DNA of 64,000 nt, taken from NCBI RefSeq assembly GCF_018977255.1, contig NW_024704742.1, positions 9,364,001 through 9,428,000 of the forward strand, written 5' to 3'. The notes below the pieces were generated by a model that made no database searches, was not told the DNA's origin, and saw nothing but the letters and a program-made list of their open reading frames with translations. The stretch comes from Callorhinchus milii. Taxonomy: Eukaryota. Shown piece by piece: positions 62,383 to 64,000 of this stretch; positions within the stretch are counted from its first letter, which is position 1, and the number at the start of each line of letters is the position of its first letter. The position numbers and the translations under genes are program-made.

Positions 62383-62760
62383 GTAATAATAATCCTTGCA
62401 TTTAATATAGCGCCTTATCACATCTTTGAGATGTCTCAAAGCGCTTCACAAAATATAATAATAATCCTTGCATTTGATGTACTGTAAAGTGAATTGACTG
62501 TTTATTTTGTGGGTGAAACACAGAAGCCAATAGTGCACAGCAGTGTCCCACAAACAGTTGTGGATTGAGCGACCAATTTTTAAAAAAAGAAACGATTAAC
62601 CCCCGGAAAAGTGATCCGCCAATCGACTAACAACCGGGTTCCGACATACTGCTAGGTGTGGGGTAAGGAAACTTGCCCAACGTTTCGCCCCGTCAGGAAT
62701 CCAACCCAGGTCCTCAAGCTTGTGAGGCGAGTGCTCTAACCATTGAGCTACAAGATCCCA
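62383..62760 (-). mobile_element. tRNA-derived SINE, long subfamily, with internal tail-end duplication
   Basis: taataataatccttgcattt occurs at ~62384 and ~62456. Confidence 0.88.
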
Positions 62761-62899
62761 CTTGCACAAGACGTCTCCTGAGCCACACATGCCTGTAGCC
62801 CCAATGTGTTTCTTTGAAGTAGGACAGTTCAACAGTGGTTGTTTAAAGTTTTTAATAAAATTTGTTCGAATGTATGTGTTCCACAGATGTATATTTGGC

Positions 62900-63175
62900 T
62901 GCTGCCTATCAGATCTCTATCCGCCTTACCATCAGTGGGCAGGCTTTCAGCTATTCTGCTGCCCTCTCCCTCTATGGAACACCATACTGGAGTCTCTCCA
63001 ACTCATTCCTGCCCTCTCCTAGTTCAAGGCATATCTCAAAACGTATCTCTTTGACATCGCTTTTAGACATCTTTCTCCTCACCACCTCCCACCTGAGCTC
63101 AGATACCCAATCCAGCATTGTTAAGCACGTTAAGATGCCCTCCCAACATGAAAGGTGCTGTAGAAATGTAAAGTG
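62900..63175 (+). mobile_element. Decayed L2 3' end
   Basis: SGQAFSYSAA motif and tail. Confidence 0.7.
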
Positions 63176-63597
63176 TATGGGCTTGCTGCTTCCTCTCAAT
63201 ATCAAGTTAATTGTGAATGTGACATTCGGGTTGATCAAAGCCCAGTTGTGTTCCACTGAGCCAAGGTTGTCTCTGTGGTTTGGCCAAAATGTGGATTGTA
63301 CACAAAATATCTGCAGTAAAATATTTGTTGCAACAAAGTCGAGAACGTTTCTGTTTTATTGTGAACAAAATGTACTGTCATTCCCTGCAGTTAAAGCTAA
63401 ACTCCCAGTTAGTCAGTGGATATGTATCAAGGTGTAGTAAACTACATTAGCGGTATGCATTCTGCTCTGATATTTGAATTTAATTTGTGTACTGCTTCTA
63501 ATTCATTGCATTTTTTATCAGAACGTTAGTTTGTCCAATTATTTGACTAACTTTTTTCCTTCTATTATATGCGTCTCTGCTTCCTGCACCTTGTTCC

Positions 63598-63784
63598 CTG
63601 TCTCTCTGACCTCCTTACTTCTCTGTATCTGACCTCCGCACTCTCTGTCTCTCTGACCTCCTGACTCTGTCTCTCTGATCTCCTTGCTCTTTGTCTCTCT
63701 GATCGCCTCATTCTCTGTCTCTCTGACCTTTTCACTCTCTGTCTCCCTGACTGCTTCATTCTCTGTCTCTCTGATCTCCTTACG
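63598..63784. repeat. CT-rich minisatellite, ~8 units of 22-25 bp
   Basis: Consensus about ctgtctctctgacctcctcactct. Confidence 0.9.
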
Positions 63785-64000
63785 CCCCCAAAATATTTTT
63801 TGCCCACAGAGTGAGTAGTAGAAGCTCTCTGGTAAGGTATTATCTGCCTGTTCGGGTGAATGTTACATATCCCATGGCACTAATTGAAAAGAGAAGTGTT
63901 TCTGCCACCAATGTTCCAGATAAATTGGTTGTCCCTTCCACTATCATGGCTGTTTATTGTTTCTACTGTGGCTAAAACGGCTGTTGTGTTTGTCTCCAAA

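Noticed and set aside
62862..63437. 191-aa ORF
   Set aside because: Largely decayed L2 3' end read through into flank; non-ATG start
63565..63807. Arg-rich repetitive ORF or CRISPR-like array
   Set aside because: Degenerate minisatellite with no unique spacers and no cas genes; eukaryotic context

Overview
Repeat-dense, apparently non-coding vertebrate DNA (intergenic or a very large intron). The repeat families point to a cartilaginous fish, most likely a holocephalan such as Callorhinchus milii; this is inferred from recalled families, not from a search. I can support no protein-coding gene, rRNA, true tRNA or CRISPR array, and most ORF-track entries are translations of repeats. Contents: many copies of a tRNA(Ala)-headed SINE with a Deu-like body and L2-type tail (several subfamilies), an older Deu-domain SINE, 3' and internal fragments of L2 LINEs, at least three CR1 families, a palindromic MITE family and Penelope-like termini. 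Best leads: (1) three decayed minimal hammerhead ribozyme motifs in the Penelope-like termini; (2) short locally templated insertions, including a perfect 110-bp copy from 1.9 kb away and a ~66-bp inverted copy, both beside the SINE tail hairpin; (3) stepwise SINE subfamily evolution ending in a tail loop matching a resident L2; (4) two hairpin relics (Eulor/Crypton-like by architecture) in a repeat-poor block at 23.0-24.7 kb; (5) a candidate microexon after a 278-nt AG-free tract. I see no convincing new multi-gene system. Boundaries of old repeats are approximate, and some small fragments are not listed.
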